64,000 nt of DNA from Leptospira biflexa. Its GTDB lineage: Bacteria; Spirochaetota; Leptospiria; Turneriellales; DYLW01. The stretch covers positions 23,091 to 87,090 of the forward strand of contig DYLW01000005.1 of NCBI GenBank assembly GCA_020721865.1, given 5' to 3'. The notes under the pieces were generated by a model. It had not been told where the DNA came from. It was given only the letters and a program-made list of their open reading frames with translations, and did no database searches. The number at the start of each line of letters is the position of its first letter. Position 1 is the stretch's first letter. Below are positions 45,445 through 54,734 of this stretch, in pieces. A program made the position numbers and the translations under genes.

Positions 45445-46695
45445 ATGAAAAAAGCATTTTTTAAACAGATTCTGGCTATGCTTGTTATCGGTTGTGTTGC
45501 CTCAATCTATGCCCAGGATGAAGCAGTGACAGACGATCCTCAGGCCATTGAAGCAGCGGAAGAATCAGCCAGTGATAACGTAACAGAGGATACAGGCAAG
45601 GGCGAAGACAGCCCCGCAGTTAAAAATGAAAACGGGGAAGAAGGTGCCTCCGCTGTTAAAGAAGGAGATTCCACCGCGAAGGAAGGGGACTCCGGCAAGG
45701 CAGAGAAGGATGCTGGCAGTGCAAAAGGCCAGAATATTTATTCTGATGGAAGAATAACCTATGCCACAACCGGTGCGAAGTTTTTACTGAAGGCAGAAGA
45801 CAGTCTGTCCACATTAAAGCATATTGAGTATAAAATAGATGATAACAACTATCAGATTTATACTGAACCTTTCCAGCTTACCAGTGTAACCGAAGGGCGA
45901 CACACCGTCACCTATCGGAGTATTGACAAAGTGGGGAATAAAGAACCGGACAACGTTTACTCCATCATTATTGATGACACTCCTCCGGAAATCATGGTAA
46001 CGTACAAAGAAGGTTTTTTTCAGGGTGAAAAACAGCTTTATGCCGGATTGAATTCCAAGGCTGAGCTGAAAGCCACAGATAAATTTTCCGGTGTTAAAAA
46101 CATTGAATATTCTCTGAACGGAGAAGAATCCAAAGTTTATTCCGAGATAATTACCTTTGATAAAGGTGGCCTGCAGAATGTTCAGTTCAAGGCCACAGAC
46201 AATGTGGGTAATGTATCCCCTGAACAGAAATTTATCGTCTTTGTGGATGATAAAGGACCGGTGGTGGAAATCAAGCCTGTCCAAAAGCTGACAGTCATCA
46301 ACGGAAAAAATTACTCTGTTAAGGAAAATTATTTTTCCATTGAAGCAAAAGATAACGATTCCGGCGTTGCCCAGATTCTGGTCAAAGTGGACGGAGATAC
46401 TGAATTTCATCCCTATGCAACAAAAATAAATTTTGCTGAAGAAGGGGATCATAAGATTGAAGCGAAAGCAGTGGACAATGTGGGAAATGAATCCCAGGTT
46501 GTGGTACTGGAATTAACCGTGGATAACAATCCTCCCAAAACCATGTTGGAGCCAGTTTCTGAAGAGGGAACTTCTGAAGAACCCGCAGCCAAAGAAGACA
46601 AAAAAACAGAAAATACTGAAGATAAGAAACAAACAGAACCCGCCACCAAAGAAGAAAAGACTGAAGATAACAAAGAAACAGTACCCGCTCAGTAA
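45445..46695 (+). CDS. Secreted protein with three OmpL47-type/Ig-like repeats and acidic low-complexity termini
   Basis: AAAGGAG RBS and signal peptide MKKAFFKQILAMLVIGCVASIYAQ. The three repeats are IEYKIDDNNYQIY...YRSIDKVGNKE, IEYSLNGEESKVY...KATDNVGNVS and ILVKVDGDTEFHPY...KAVDNVGNES. Confidence 0.7.
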   Translation: MKKAFFKQILAMLVIGCVASIYAQDEAVTDDPQAIEAAEESASDNVTEDTGKGEDSPAVKNENGEEGASAVKEGDSTAKEGDSGKAEKDAGSAKGQNIYSDGRITYATTGAKFLLKAEDSLSTLKHIEYKIDDNNYQIYTEPFQLTSVTEGRHTVTYRSIDKVGNKEPDNVYSIIIDDTPPEIMVTYKEGFFQGEKQLYAGLNSKAELKATDKFSGVKNIEYSLNGEESKVYSEIITFDKGGLQNVQFKATDNVGNVSPEQKFIVFVDDKGPVVEIKPVQKLTVINGKNYSVKENYFSIEAKDNDSGVAQILVKVDGDTEFHPYATKINFAEEGDHKIEAKAVDNVGNESQVVVLELTVDNNPPKTMLEPVSEEGTSEEPAAKEDKKTENTEDKKQTEPATKEEKTEDNKETVPAQ

Positions 46696-46711
46696 TTAAT
46701 TCTTTCTCAAT

Positions 46712-46741
46712 AAACGATCAGATAATTCTATCTGATCGTTT
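46712..46741. terminator. Bidirectional terminator-like hairpin between convergent genes
   Basis: AAACGATCAGATA-ATTC-TATCTGATCGTTT forms a 13-bp perfect stem and is followed by TCATTTTTT. It overlaps the stop codon of the minus-strand gene. Confidence 0.5.
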
Positions 46742-48404
46742 TCATTTTTTCTCTTAGGGATTTCCATGCCAGAAAACTTTCCAGTGTATATTTCCTGTCA
46801 TTAAATAGATTATTATTATAAGCCACGGTCAGGTTTTCCCGGAATGTTTCCTGCAGGTACTGAAATATTTCGCCTGATTTTTCCAGATCTCCGGAGTAAT
46901 AGTAATATATGGCCAATTCATTCATCACAGCCAGATCCTTATCAAAATCCGGAATATGTTTTTTGATATAGGCAATCGCAAAGTTATACTTTTTCAGAAA
47001 AAATATGGATCTGGCGGTGAGGATATGAACCGCATAATCCAAAAAATGCTCCGGGAGTGCTTTCCTGGCTAAAAGAAATTCCCTGTGTCTTTCCCGGGCG
47101 TTCAAAAAAACCAGGAGCATTTTCACTATCCGGGGCGGGGTTTTCTTTATGATTTCCCGGTATTCTTCTGATGAATGGGAGGATGATAATTGAAATTGTT
47201 TCTCAATATCTTTGATGATCATTTCATCAACTTCTTTATGCTTGTTCAATTTGGCTTGGGAAAAGTACAAATGGAGGGAGAAATACGGGATGCGGAGGAT
47301 TAATTGCTGCAAATTGTAATGAGACCATTTCAGAAAAATATTTCTTTGGGATTCCTTTAAAGATGTAAACGTGGCTAAATGGAAAATTCCCCTGGGTGAA
47401 TGCAGATAGCGAATTTTACCGTAATTTCCATAGAAAAAAATCTGCCGGATGTTAAAATCAGAAGAAAAGAGATTTATACCAGTAAAATGATGAAAACGGA
47501 TTTTCGAAGCCGGGGTACCCAGGTACCGCAATGGTTCTGCCAGAAAAGACATAAATGAGGAAGCGGATGTCTCCGGAAATTTTTTTTGGGTTTCACGGAT
47601 TATTCCGAGGAGGTCCATATCTGAAATCCGGTTTTTTTCCTGTATCCTTGCGAATATGCGGACTAATGAAAATTCTGTATCCGGTATTGTTCCCGCAGAG
47701 TAATCCTCCAGTGCCTGCATGGGAGTGGATATTGGGTGTTCCGGGGAAGGTCCAAAGATATCCGGAAGCAGATTCTGGAGATAGCACCGGAATGAAACCG
47801 GTATCTGCCGTATACTCCAGACTTCCATCAAACGAACAAAATTTTCTCTATAATTTACATAGGTAAAGAGAAAATAGGGTAGGAGAATTTTCCACAAATG
47901 GGTATCCTGGTATCCCCGCTTCCAGGCGACATAGATTCTTTCTATATCAGGGTTTTTCTGTGCAAAAGGAAAGTCTATATGAAGGATCTGGTTTTCCGTA
48001 TCCGGGATCATCAGCGGAAAATACCGGATCCATATACCATGGGAGGAATATACTTTCCGGAGCAATTCCTGGAATTCCGGAAAAAAATCCAATGGTGGAG
48101 GATTGGCTTCCAGAATTGCTTCCGTAAAAACAGCGGTTTGGGGCGGTTCCGGCTGGCCTTTCTGTGGAGGGACTATCTCTGTTTTTTCATCAGTATTCTG
48201 AACTATCATTTGAACAATAAAATCTGTTTTTATCTCGGGCTCCGGCAGTAATTCTTTTTTTCCCGGGGGTATGGTTTTTTGGGTTGCGGTATTTTTTGGG
48301 GATGTGGATTTCTCTCCCGTTTTTTTTAGAAGAAAAATGAATGAGGTGGCAATGGCCATTATTCCCAGAATGGCAACAAGCACCAGATAGTCAATAGCAT
48401 CCAT
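46728..48404 (-). CDS. Hypothetical membrane-anchored protein with helical-repeat (TPR-like) C-terminus
   Basis: 558 aa. It has an N-terminal TM helix (YLVLVAILGIMAIATSFIFLL) and a Pro-rich linker. I recognise no catalytic motif. Confidence 0.55.
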   Translation of the reverse strand: MDAIDYLVLVAILGIMAIATSFIFLLKKTGEKSTSPKNTATQKTIPPGKKELLPEPEIKTDFIVQMIVQNTDEKTEIVPPQKGQPEPPQTAVFTEAILEANPPPLDFFPEFQELLRKVYSSHGIWIRYFPLMIPDTENQILHIDFPFAQKNPDIERIYVAWKRGYQDTHLWKILLPYFLFTYVNYRENFVRLMEVWSIRQIPVSFRCYLQNLLPDIFGPSPEHPISTPMQALEDYSAGTIPDTEFSLVRIFARIQEKNRISDMDLLGIIRETQKKFPETSASSFMSFLAEPLRYLGTPASKIRFHHFTGINLFSSDFNIRQIFFYGNYGKIRYLHSPRGIFHLATFTSLKESQRNIFLKWSHYNLQQLILRIPYFSLHLYFSQAKLNKHKEVDEMIIKDIEKQFQLSSSHSSEEYREIIKKTPPRIVKMLLVFLNARERHREFLLARKALPEHFLDYAVHILTARSIFFLKKYNFAIAYIKKHIPDFDKDLAVMNELAIYYYYSGDLEKSGEIFQYLQETFRENLTVAYNNNLFNDRKYTLESFLAWKSLREKMKTIR

Positions 48405-48497
48405 AACCTGTTATTAATATCGGCATGAGAAAACCAAGACTTTTCCGGCCACGCTTTTTTTGTTGCCGACCTGAAACCGGCTTGGAGCGTATCTACA

Positions 48498-50141
48498 ATG
48501 AAACATTTATTGAAAAATTACCCCCTGTTTGGTTTGGGGGACTGGAATGCTTTTTTTGCTTTGTTTCTGGATAATATTGTGAATATTGTCATCTTATCTA
48601 CGATATTGATCGGCGGATTTGGATTTCCTGCGGATATTGTATTTAACCGGATGATTCCGGGTACGGCTCTGGGTGTTTTTGTGGGCGATATTATTTACTC
48701 CATTATGGCTATTCGCCTGGCTCATCAAACCGGCAGGAAAGATATCACCGCCATGCCCCTGGGACTGGATACTCCATCGACCATTGGAGTGGCAGTGACC
48801 ATTCTGGGTCCTTCTTTTCTCGTATTCCAGGGGAAGTATGATGTGCATACGGCCGCTCTTTATGCCTGGTATACGGGAATGGGGGTGATGATCTGGATGT
48901 CCATAGTGAAGGCCATTACCTCCTTCCTGGGTTCGTCCATCCAGAGGATTATACCCACCGCCAGCCTTTTGGGTTCTCTGGCCGGGGTGGGAATTGTCTG
49001 GTTGGCTGCAAATCATTTCATTGACGTGATGAATATGCCGGTGGTGGGACTCATCTCTCTGGGTTTGGTGATCTTCACTCTGGTAGCGGGCTACCAGCTC
49101 CCCAGTAAATTCCCCGGTGCCGCCGCAGGTGTTCTGGTGGGAACCGCTCTGTTTTATCTCTTTGCCTGGATGGATATCTTTGGAGCCCGTGCCCATGTGA
49201 TCAGCGAATTATCTGTGAATATCTCCTGGCCGATGGTGTATCCGGAAGCGTTTTCCCAGTTTTTGGGGACATCCCTGGATTATCTGGCGGTGGGCGTGCC
49301 GTTCGGACTGCTGACCATCATCGGTGGAATCAATGTGACCGAAGGAGCACGGCTGGCCGGTGATTCCTATAAGACCAGAGATATCCTGCTTACGGAAGCA
49401 TTGGCCACCTTTATAGCCGGAATTTTTGGGGGAGTCAGCCAGACCACACCCTACATTGGTCACTCTGCCTATAAAAAAATGGGTGCCCGGGCCGGATATA
49501 CCCTCCTGACCGGAATATTAATTGGCATTGGCGGATACATGGGCTGGTTAGGGATGCTGGTGCAGTTGATTCCCAAGGCCGCCGTTGCTCCCATATTGGT
49601 ATTTATCGGTTTTGAAATTATGGTGCTGGCATACTCCATGACCCCGGCCAGACATGCCATGGCCATCAACTTTGCCCTTCTGCCCAGTATTCTGAACTTT
49701 GGTTATATAAAAGTGAAAATCCTGCTGGAACATGTATTGCGATTGCAAGATCAATTGGGGCAGATGGCAAAGGATTCTTCCCCAGCCATGAAAGCCGCCA
49801 TCGCCGGTTTAATACCGCTGGGTGTCCAGGCGGAATATCCCTTTCTGGAAGCTCTGGGGCAGGGTTATGTGCTGACGGCCATGGTATGGGGTGCGGTGGT
49901 GGCCTTCCTGATAGATGGAAGAATCAAAAGCAGTGTGGCGGTCCTTTTTGCAGCCGGGGTCATGTCCTTTTTTGGGGTGATCCATTCTGCCACCCCATCT
50001 GGAGAAATTTATCTTCCGTGGAATCTGAATCCGGCCATTACCATTCCCTATGATTTCGCCGTTGCCTATATCAGTCTAGGGGGTTTCATTTATTTTGCCT
50101 CCTTTTTCAGCCAGAAAAATTCCCATGCGGATTCTGTCTGA
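48498..50141 (+). CDS. Polytopic permease (NCS2/AzgA-like, substrate unknown)
   Basis: 547 aa with more than 12 hydrophobic segments. The family assignment is tentative. Confidence 0.55.
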   Translation: MKHLLKNYPLFGLGDWNAFFALFLDNIVNIVILSTILIGGFGFPADIVFNRMIPGTALGVFVGDIIYSIMAIRLAHQTGRKDITAMPLGLDTPSTIGVAVTILGPSFLVFQGKYDVHTAALYAWYTGMGVMIWMSIVKAITSFLGSSIQRIIPTASLLGSLAGVGIVWLAANHFIDVMNMPVVGLISLGLVIFTLVAGYQLPSKFPGAAAGVLVGTALFYLFAWMDIFGARAHVISELSVNISWPMVYPEAFSQFLGTSLDYLAVGVPFGLLTIIGGINVTEGARLAGDSYKTRDILLTEALATFIAGIFGGVSQTTPYIGHSAYKKMGARAGYTLLTGILIGIGGYMGWLGMLVQLIPKAAVAPILVFIGFEIMVLAYSMTPARHAMAINFALLPSILNFGYIKVKILLEHVLRLQDQLGQMAKDSSPAMKAAIAGLIPLGVQAEYPFLEALGQGYVLTAMVWGAVVAFLIDGRIKSSVAVLFAAGVMSFFGVIHSATPSGEIYLPWNLNPAITIPYDFAVAYISLGGFIYFASFFSQKNSHADSV

Positions 50142-51066
50142 TATTTCTGAATTCCCCGGCAATTGGGAAAAAACCATTGTCACCCTGGGGGATTTTGACG
50201 GCATCCACAAGGGGCACCAAAAGTTAATATTCCGGGCAGTGGATGCCGGTAGGGAAAAGGGTCTTCCGGTTGTGTTGATGACCTATGATCCTTCCCCCAA
50301 AAAAATATTGAAAAAGCTGAAATTTGACAATGTGATATACACCAAGCAGGAAAAGATTATCCTGTTGCAGAAATATCCGCTGGATCTGGTCTATTTTTTC
50401 CCGTTTGAGGAGAGTACCCTGGAGCTTTCCGCCGATGATTTTTTACGCGATATTATCCTGGGGCAACTGAAGGCAGATACCGTGATCATTGGTTATGACC
50501 ACCATTTTGGGAAAAAGCGGGAAGGTAACTATGAATTTCTGCAGAATAAATCCGGGGAATTATCCTTCCATGTGGAAAGGGTGGAGGAATACTATGAAAG
50601 CGATATCCGGTATTCCAGCAGCCTTGTCCGGGATGCCCTGAAAAGTGGAGATGTGGGAAAAGCCAATGGTTTGCTGGGTCACGCATTTTTTCTGTTTTCC
50701 ACCGTAATCCGGGGATACCAGAGAGGGACAATTATGAACATAAAAACAGCAAACCTCCATATCCCTCCGGATAAAATGATCCCCGGAGACGGAGTGTACT
50801 TTGGTGTTGTCCGATACGGAGGAGAAATATTAAAATGTCTCATCAACATAGGAAAAAATCCCACCTTTGGGAATGATGCAAGATCTCTGGAAGTCCACAT
50901 CCTGAATTTTAATAGAAATATATATGGGGAATCTGTTGTGGTATATTTTCTGGAAAGAATACGGGAGGAAATCTCTTTTCCATCCATGGATGCACTGAAA
51001 GAGCAGATTCTCAAAGATATGGAAAACGCCAGAAACAGAAATGTGGAAAACTATCTGATTATTTAA
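50125..51066 (+). CDS. ribF: Bifunctional riboflavin kinase / FMN adenylyltransferase
   Basis: TLGDFDGIHKGHQKLI, and a C-terminal riboflavin-kinase domain (...LEVHILNFNRNIYGE). The probable start at 50125 overlaps the permease 3' end. Confidence 0.9.
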   Translation: MRILSDISEFPGNWEKTIVTLGDFDGIHKGHQKLIFRAVDAGREKGLPVVLMTYDPSPKKILKKLKFDNVIYTKQEKIILLQKYPLDLVYFFPFEESTLELSADDFLRDIILGQLKADTVIIGYDHHFGKKREGNYEFLQNKSGELSFHVERVEEYYESDIRYSSSLVRDALKSGDVGKANGLLGHAFFLFSTVIRGYQRGTIMNIKTANLHIPPDKMIPGDGVYFGVVRYGGEILKCLINIGKNPTFGNDARSLEVHILNFNRNIYGESVVVYFLERIREEISFPSMDALKEQILKDMENARNRNVENYLII

Positions 51067-52441
51067 TTTCAATAACCGTAGCAATACCGGCAGGTTTTCC
51101 CTGGTTTTTTTGCTGGAATGCAGAAAGGAGAAACGATAGAATTCCTTTTGCATTGTTCGCTTTTTCCTCCGGTATCTGTATTTCCCGGATAAACTGATCC
51201 CGGCTCCATCCATACTGCGGAAGGATTTGGGATGAAAGCAGAATGATAAAACTTTTTTGTGGAAGGGAATAGGATTGAATTTGTTCACCACCGGATAATG
51301 AGGTGAGTTTTCCGTTTCCTTCCCACAAGAAGAGGGAAAATATATCTTTTGCGATTAATCTGAGTTTTCTGTTTTCAATTTCCAGAATAGTGGAGGTGAT
51401 GCTCTCCTTGGTTTCCGGGGAGGATATTTCCTTTTTCATTCTGGCTACCAGGCTTTCCAAAGAGGGGTTATGAACGGCTAAGGTACGGAAGCGTTCCTGC
51501 AGACGGACTTTATGAAATGCGTCGTCAATGGATTGGACCCGGGATGAGCCTGCGAGAAAAAACAATTTGTTATTAATTTCAATCGACGATAAAAACGCTT
51601 CCTCCTCCGGTGCCGGATTTCTGGGGAAACTGGATATTTCATAGTTTTTCATCTTATAAAAAGGATATTGGAATAACGTGTGGTTCAGATTTTCTTTGTA
51701 TTCCACATTTTCTGGTGCGGTCATGAGGGGGACACTGCTTTCCGTAACGGTTTTGGAAACGGCGATGGGTGATGTCACCGGAGTATCTTCCCTGAGGATG
51801 AGAATATCATCCACCTCATGCTGGATACCAAATGTGAGAATGTATGCGATCAGGGTAAACATCACGGTAAGCAGACTGAGCGAAAGATAAATCCCGATTT
51901 TATATTTAATCCCGGCATCGTACTGGATTGCGTTTTCAATGACAATGAGATATCCATTCCGGAAACGGTATGCTATATGAATTTGTCCGGATTTATTTTC
52001 CGAGTAGTGGCTTGATTTACCGGATAAAAGCTTGTTATAATGGCGATATTTCTCTGCTATCAGTTCAAAATCTTTAATAAATTCCATTCCGGTGTTTTCA
52101 ATCATTTTCTGGACTGCTTCTGAATTATGATAGATTATCTGGTGATCCGGATTCCAGAATAGGATGGTGCCGGATTGCGAGGATGGAAATTCCATTCCCA
52201 GAGGGATAATGAAATCCACCATTGTTTTTTGATTTTTTATGTCTCCGGATAACCGGTCAATATATCGGAGACTGGAAAGGGTTTTTTGTATGCAACTTCT
52301 TTCCCATGATTTATTATAGGACTGATGCAATAAATAACCCAGAATTGCGGAAATTGCCATTCCCACAAAGAAAATAGCAAGAGGTACTCTGAAATAAAAA
52401 GGTATTCCGGAAAAAAAACTCAGCTTTTGTTTCAGACTCAT
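51059..52441 (-). CDS. Hypothetical two-TM membrane protein (sensor-like)
   Basis: 460 aa with two TM helices flanking a periplasmic-type segment of about 150 aa. The C-terminal half only loosely recalls a PP2C/SpoIIE layout and has no catalytic Asp motifs. Confidence 0.5.
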   Translation of the reverse strand: MSLKQKLSFFSGIPFYFRVPLAIFFVGMAISAILGYLLHQSYNKSWERSCIQKTLSSLRYIDRLSGDIKNQKTMVDFIIPLGMEFPSSQSGTILFWNPDHQIIYHNSEAVQKMIENTGMEFIKDFELIAEKYRHYNKLLSGKSSHYSENKSGQIHIAYRFRNGYLIVIENAIQYDAGIKYKIGIYLSLSLLTVMFTLIAYILTFGIQHEVDDILILREDTPVTSPIAVSKTVTESSVPLMTAPENVEYKENLNHTLFQYPFYKMKNYEISSFPRNPAPEEEAFLSSIEINNKLFFLAGSSRVQSIDDAFHKVRLQERFRTLAVHNPSLESLVARMKKEISSPETKESITSTILEIENRKLRLIAKDIFSLFLWEGNGKLTSLSGGEQIQSYSLPQKSFIILLSSQILPQYGWSRDQFIREIQIPEEKANNAKGILSFLLSAFQQKNQGKPAGIATVIEIK

Positions 52442-52476
52442 AGATTATAAATTAATATCGACAATATGATTCAAAA

Positions 52477-54474
52477 TTGCAACAAGAATTTATTCCCATC
52501 ATGGAAGTTTATAAAACAATCATTCGTGCAGCCAGACAATTTCTGATTCACAGGAAAACAGTTATCATTGGCTTTATTTTTCTGCTTTTACTATTTTTTA
52601 ATACTGGTCTCTATGTTCTGATTCATGGCTTGAAAATGGATTTGAACAAGGATATGAATTCTCTGCTAAATGAATATGGAATTCTGGTGGATATTTCTAC
52701 TGTCCGAACTTCCTTTATTCCTTACCCTCATTTATACATCGATAAATACTATATGAATGTGGATAATGACACTTTTTTAACATTTCAGAAAATAAAAATC
52801 GATGTAGATTTATGGCAATTAATCTTCAAACAGAAATTAATGGTGAAGAATATTTATGTGGGGTATACGAACATACGGGTCAAAGGAAAAAGCCATGAAA
52901 AATTAATGAGGGAGTCCATAGCGGCATTAAAAAAAGGGTTCTTTATTGAAAAAGCAAAGGTAGATTTCATACTCAGCCGAATTCAGCATTATATCCACAT
53001 TATACCCCACCAGTTTGACTATACGGAGTCACTCTTTGCTGCCCAGGTGGATATTGTTTTAGAGGGTTTGGACACGGAATTTCCTTTCATCGTTGCCCGG
53101 CAGGTTATCCTGAAAAACAAAGATCCGCATTTGCTCACCGTGTCCGTCATCGCCACATTGCAACAATGGTTGCATGCAAATGTTAATGTTGAAATCTGGA
53201 AAAACCCGGATGATCCGGATAACTGGATCCAGAAAATTCATGTTTTCCAGAATGGGCATTTGGAGCTGGATCATCTCAACACAGGATTTCCGGGATTGTT
53301 TTATCAATACACCGGAAATATCCGGTATTTCCATTCCATGTCTTTTGGGTTTCCACTGAAAGAAATCAAGCATTATGGAAATGTGTTTGTGGATAATCTG
53401 GAAATACGCAATGCTTATGAAACTCTCTTCCGAATACAGCCATCCGATTCTGCAAGAGTGAATTTTGGCGGAAGGGCGGATGCCTCCGGATTATCCTTAA
53501 AAAATATTACCATTTATCTGAATCATGAGCCCATTGTTGCAGAGATGGATTGGAATTATGCCTCCTTTCAAATGAATTTTTTCTTTCAGGATGCGGCAAT
53601 TCCCTATGCACAGATCAATCGGATGGCCCCTTCCACAAAAATTCCGGGAATTCTTTTATATCATCCCAGCCATATTATCCTGAAAAAAGTAAATATCCAC
53701 CCGTGGAAAGAGGATGTACGGGCAGAGTTCTATCTGGATTTGAATGTCCACCCAATATCCCTGTCCATGCCGGCTAGGTTATCTGGTAATTTTTATTTGA
53801 ATAATTCAACTATTTTTTCAAGGCAGGTGACAATTAACGGTCTGGATACAAAGGTCAATATAACCGGTTTCAGGTATTCCGGAGATAGCATACAATTTCA
53901 TGTGGCCGGAAGTCTTTCTTCCTTGTGGTTTTTTGAGCATTCTCATGGAAATATTTATCTTTATGGTGATATTCATTGTTCGGGGTTGAATCATCTTTTG
54001 CGGTGTGAAGACAAAATGATCCGGGCGGCCGGGGAAGGAATCCGTGTGCCTTCCGGTACCGCTTCCCGTTTTTTCCGATTAGTGAGTATGGATATTTTTT
54101 CTTACTGGAAAAGCCTGAAACCCACCAGCGAGATTGTAATTCATTCCTTGGACATCCAGGGCCGGCTGTCCGGAGACCGGTTTGTTGTCCAGAATTCTCT
54201 CATTGACTCTGATGTTGGATATTTCCGTATTGAGGGGTATTTCCCATTGAGCGGAGAAGATGCCAGAATGAAAGCCAGATTTCAGCCTATGAATATGGAT
54301 AAAATTGTCATGAAAATACCGCTTATTGGTTCTCCCATGGAGAAAGCATTATCGTATACATCGGAAATCATCATCTATATGCGGAGAACCAATAAGGAAT
54401 GGATTGTAGAGAAGTTTTTTCTGGGTAAAGGCATGGAAAAATTTGGAAACAATAATTTTAAAGACGGGAAATAA
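52477..54474 (+). CDS. Large membrane-anchored hypothetical protein (AsmA-like organisation, uncertain)
   Basis: 665 aa. TTG start, with an alternative ATG at 52501. It has a single N-terminal TM helix followed by a beta-rich sequence. Confidence 0.55.
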   Translation: MQQEFIPIMEVYKTIIRAARQFLIHRKTVIIGFIFLLLLFFNTGLYVLIHGLKMDLNKDMNSLLNEYGILVDISTVRTSFIPYPHLYIDKYYMNVDNDTFLTFQKIKIDVDLWQLIFKQKLMVKNIYVGYTNIRVKGKSHEKLMRESIAALKKGFFIEKAKVDFILSRIQHYIHIIPHQFDYTESLFAAQVDIVLEGLDTEFPFIVARQVILKNKDPHLLTVSVIATLQQWLHANVNVEIWKNPDDPDNWIQKIHVFQNGHLELDHLNTGFPGLFYQYTGNIRYFHSMSFGFPLKEIKHYGNVFVDNLEIRNAYETLFRIQPSDSARVNFGGRADASGLSLKNITIYLNHEPIVAEMDWNYASFQMNFFFQDAAIPYAQINRMAPSTKIPGILLYHPSHIILKKVNIHPWKEDVRAEFYLDLNVHPISLSMPARLSGNFYLNNSTIFSRQVTINGLDTKVNITGFRYSGDSIQFHVAGSLSSLWFFEHSHGNIYLYGDIHCSGLNHLLRCEDKMIRAAGEGIRVPSGTASRFFRLVSMDIFSYWKSLKPTSEIVIHSLDIQGRLSGDRFVVQNSLIDSDVGYFRIEGYFPLSGEDARMKARFQPMNMDKIVMKIPLIGSPMEKALSYTSEIIIYMRRTNKEWIVEKFFLGKGMEKFGNNNFKDGK

Positions 54475-54691
54475 AAGATTCTAATTGTTCGATGTGTTTT
54501 TCATTCCGGAGCTGGATATTATGGATTTCCCTGACAATGTGTATTGCCTCCGAAGACAACTTGGATTCTTTTTTATGATCCAGTTGATTCAGAATTTTTT
54601 CTATGGGATTCTCCTCCAATCCGGGTTTCCCGGTGGATAGCTGGTTCCGGAGCAATTCTTTAAAATTTTCCAGTTTCCTGATGTTTTCCAT
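54458..54691 (-). CDS. Small coiled-coil hypothetical protein
   Basis: 77 aa, charged and helical. It is divergent from the PP2C phosphatase gene, and its 3' end overlaps the convergent gene by 17 nt. Confidence 0.4.
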   Translation of the reverse strand: MENIRKLENFKELLRNQLSTGKPGLEENPIEKILNQLDHKKESKLSSEAIHIVREIHNIQLRNEKHIEQLESFISRL

Positions 54692-54734
54692 TTATTTTTC
54701 TTGTTATTTTCTGTCCTGTTATTAATTCGGCATT

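Noticed and set aside
48405-48497. Possible purine-type riboswitch upstream of the NCS2-like permease
   Set aside because: The spacer is only 93 nt and lacks the conserved purine-riboswitch junction and loop sequences. The permease substrate assignment is itself uncertain.
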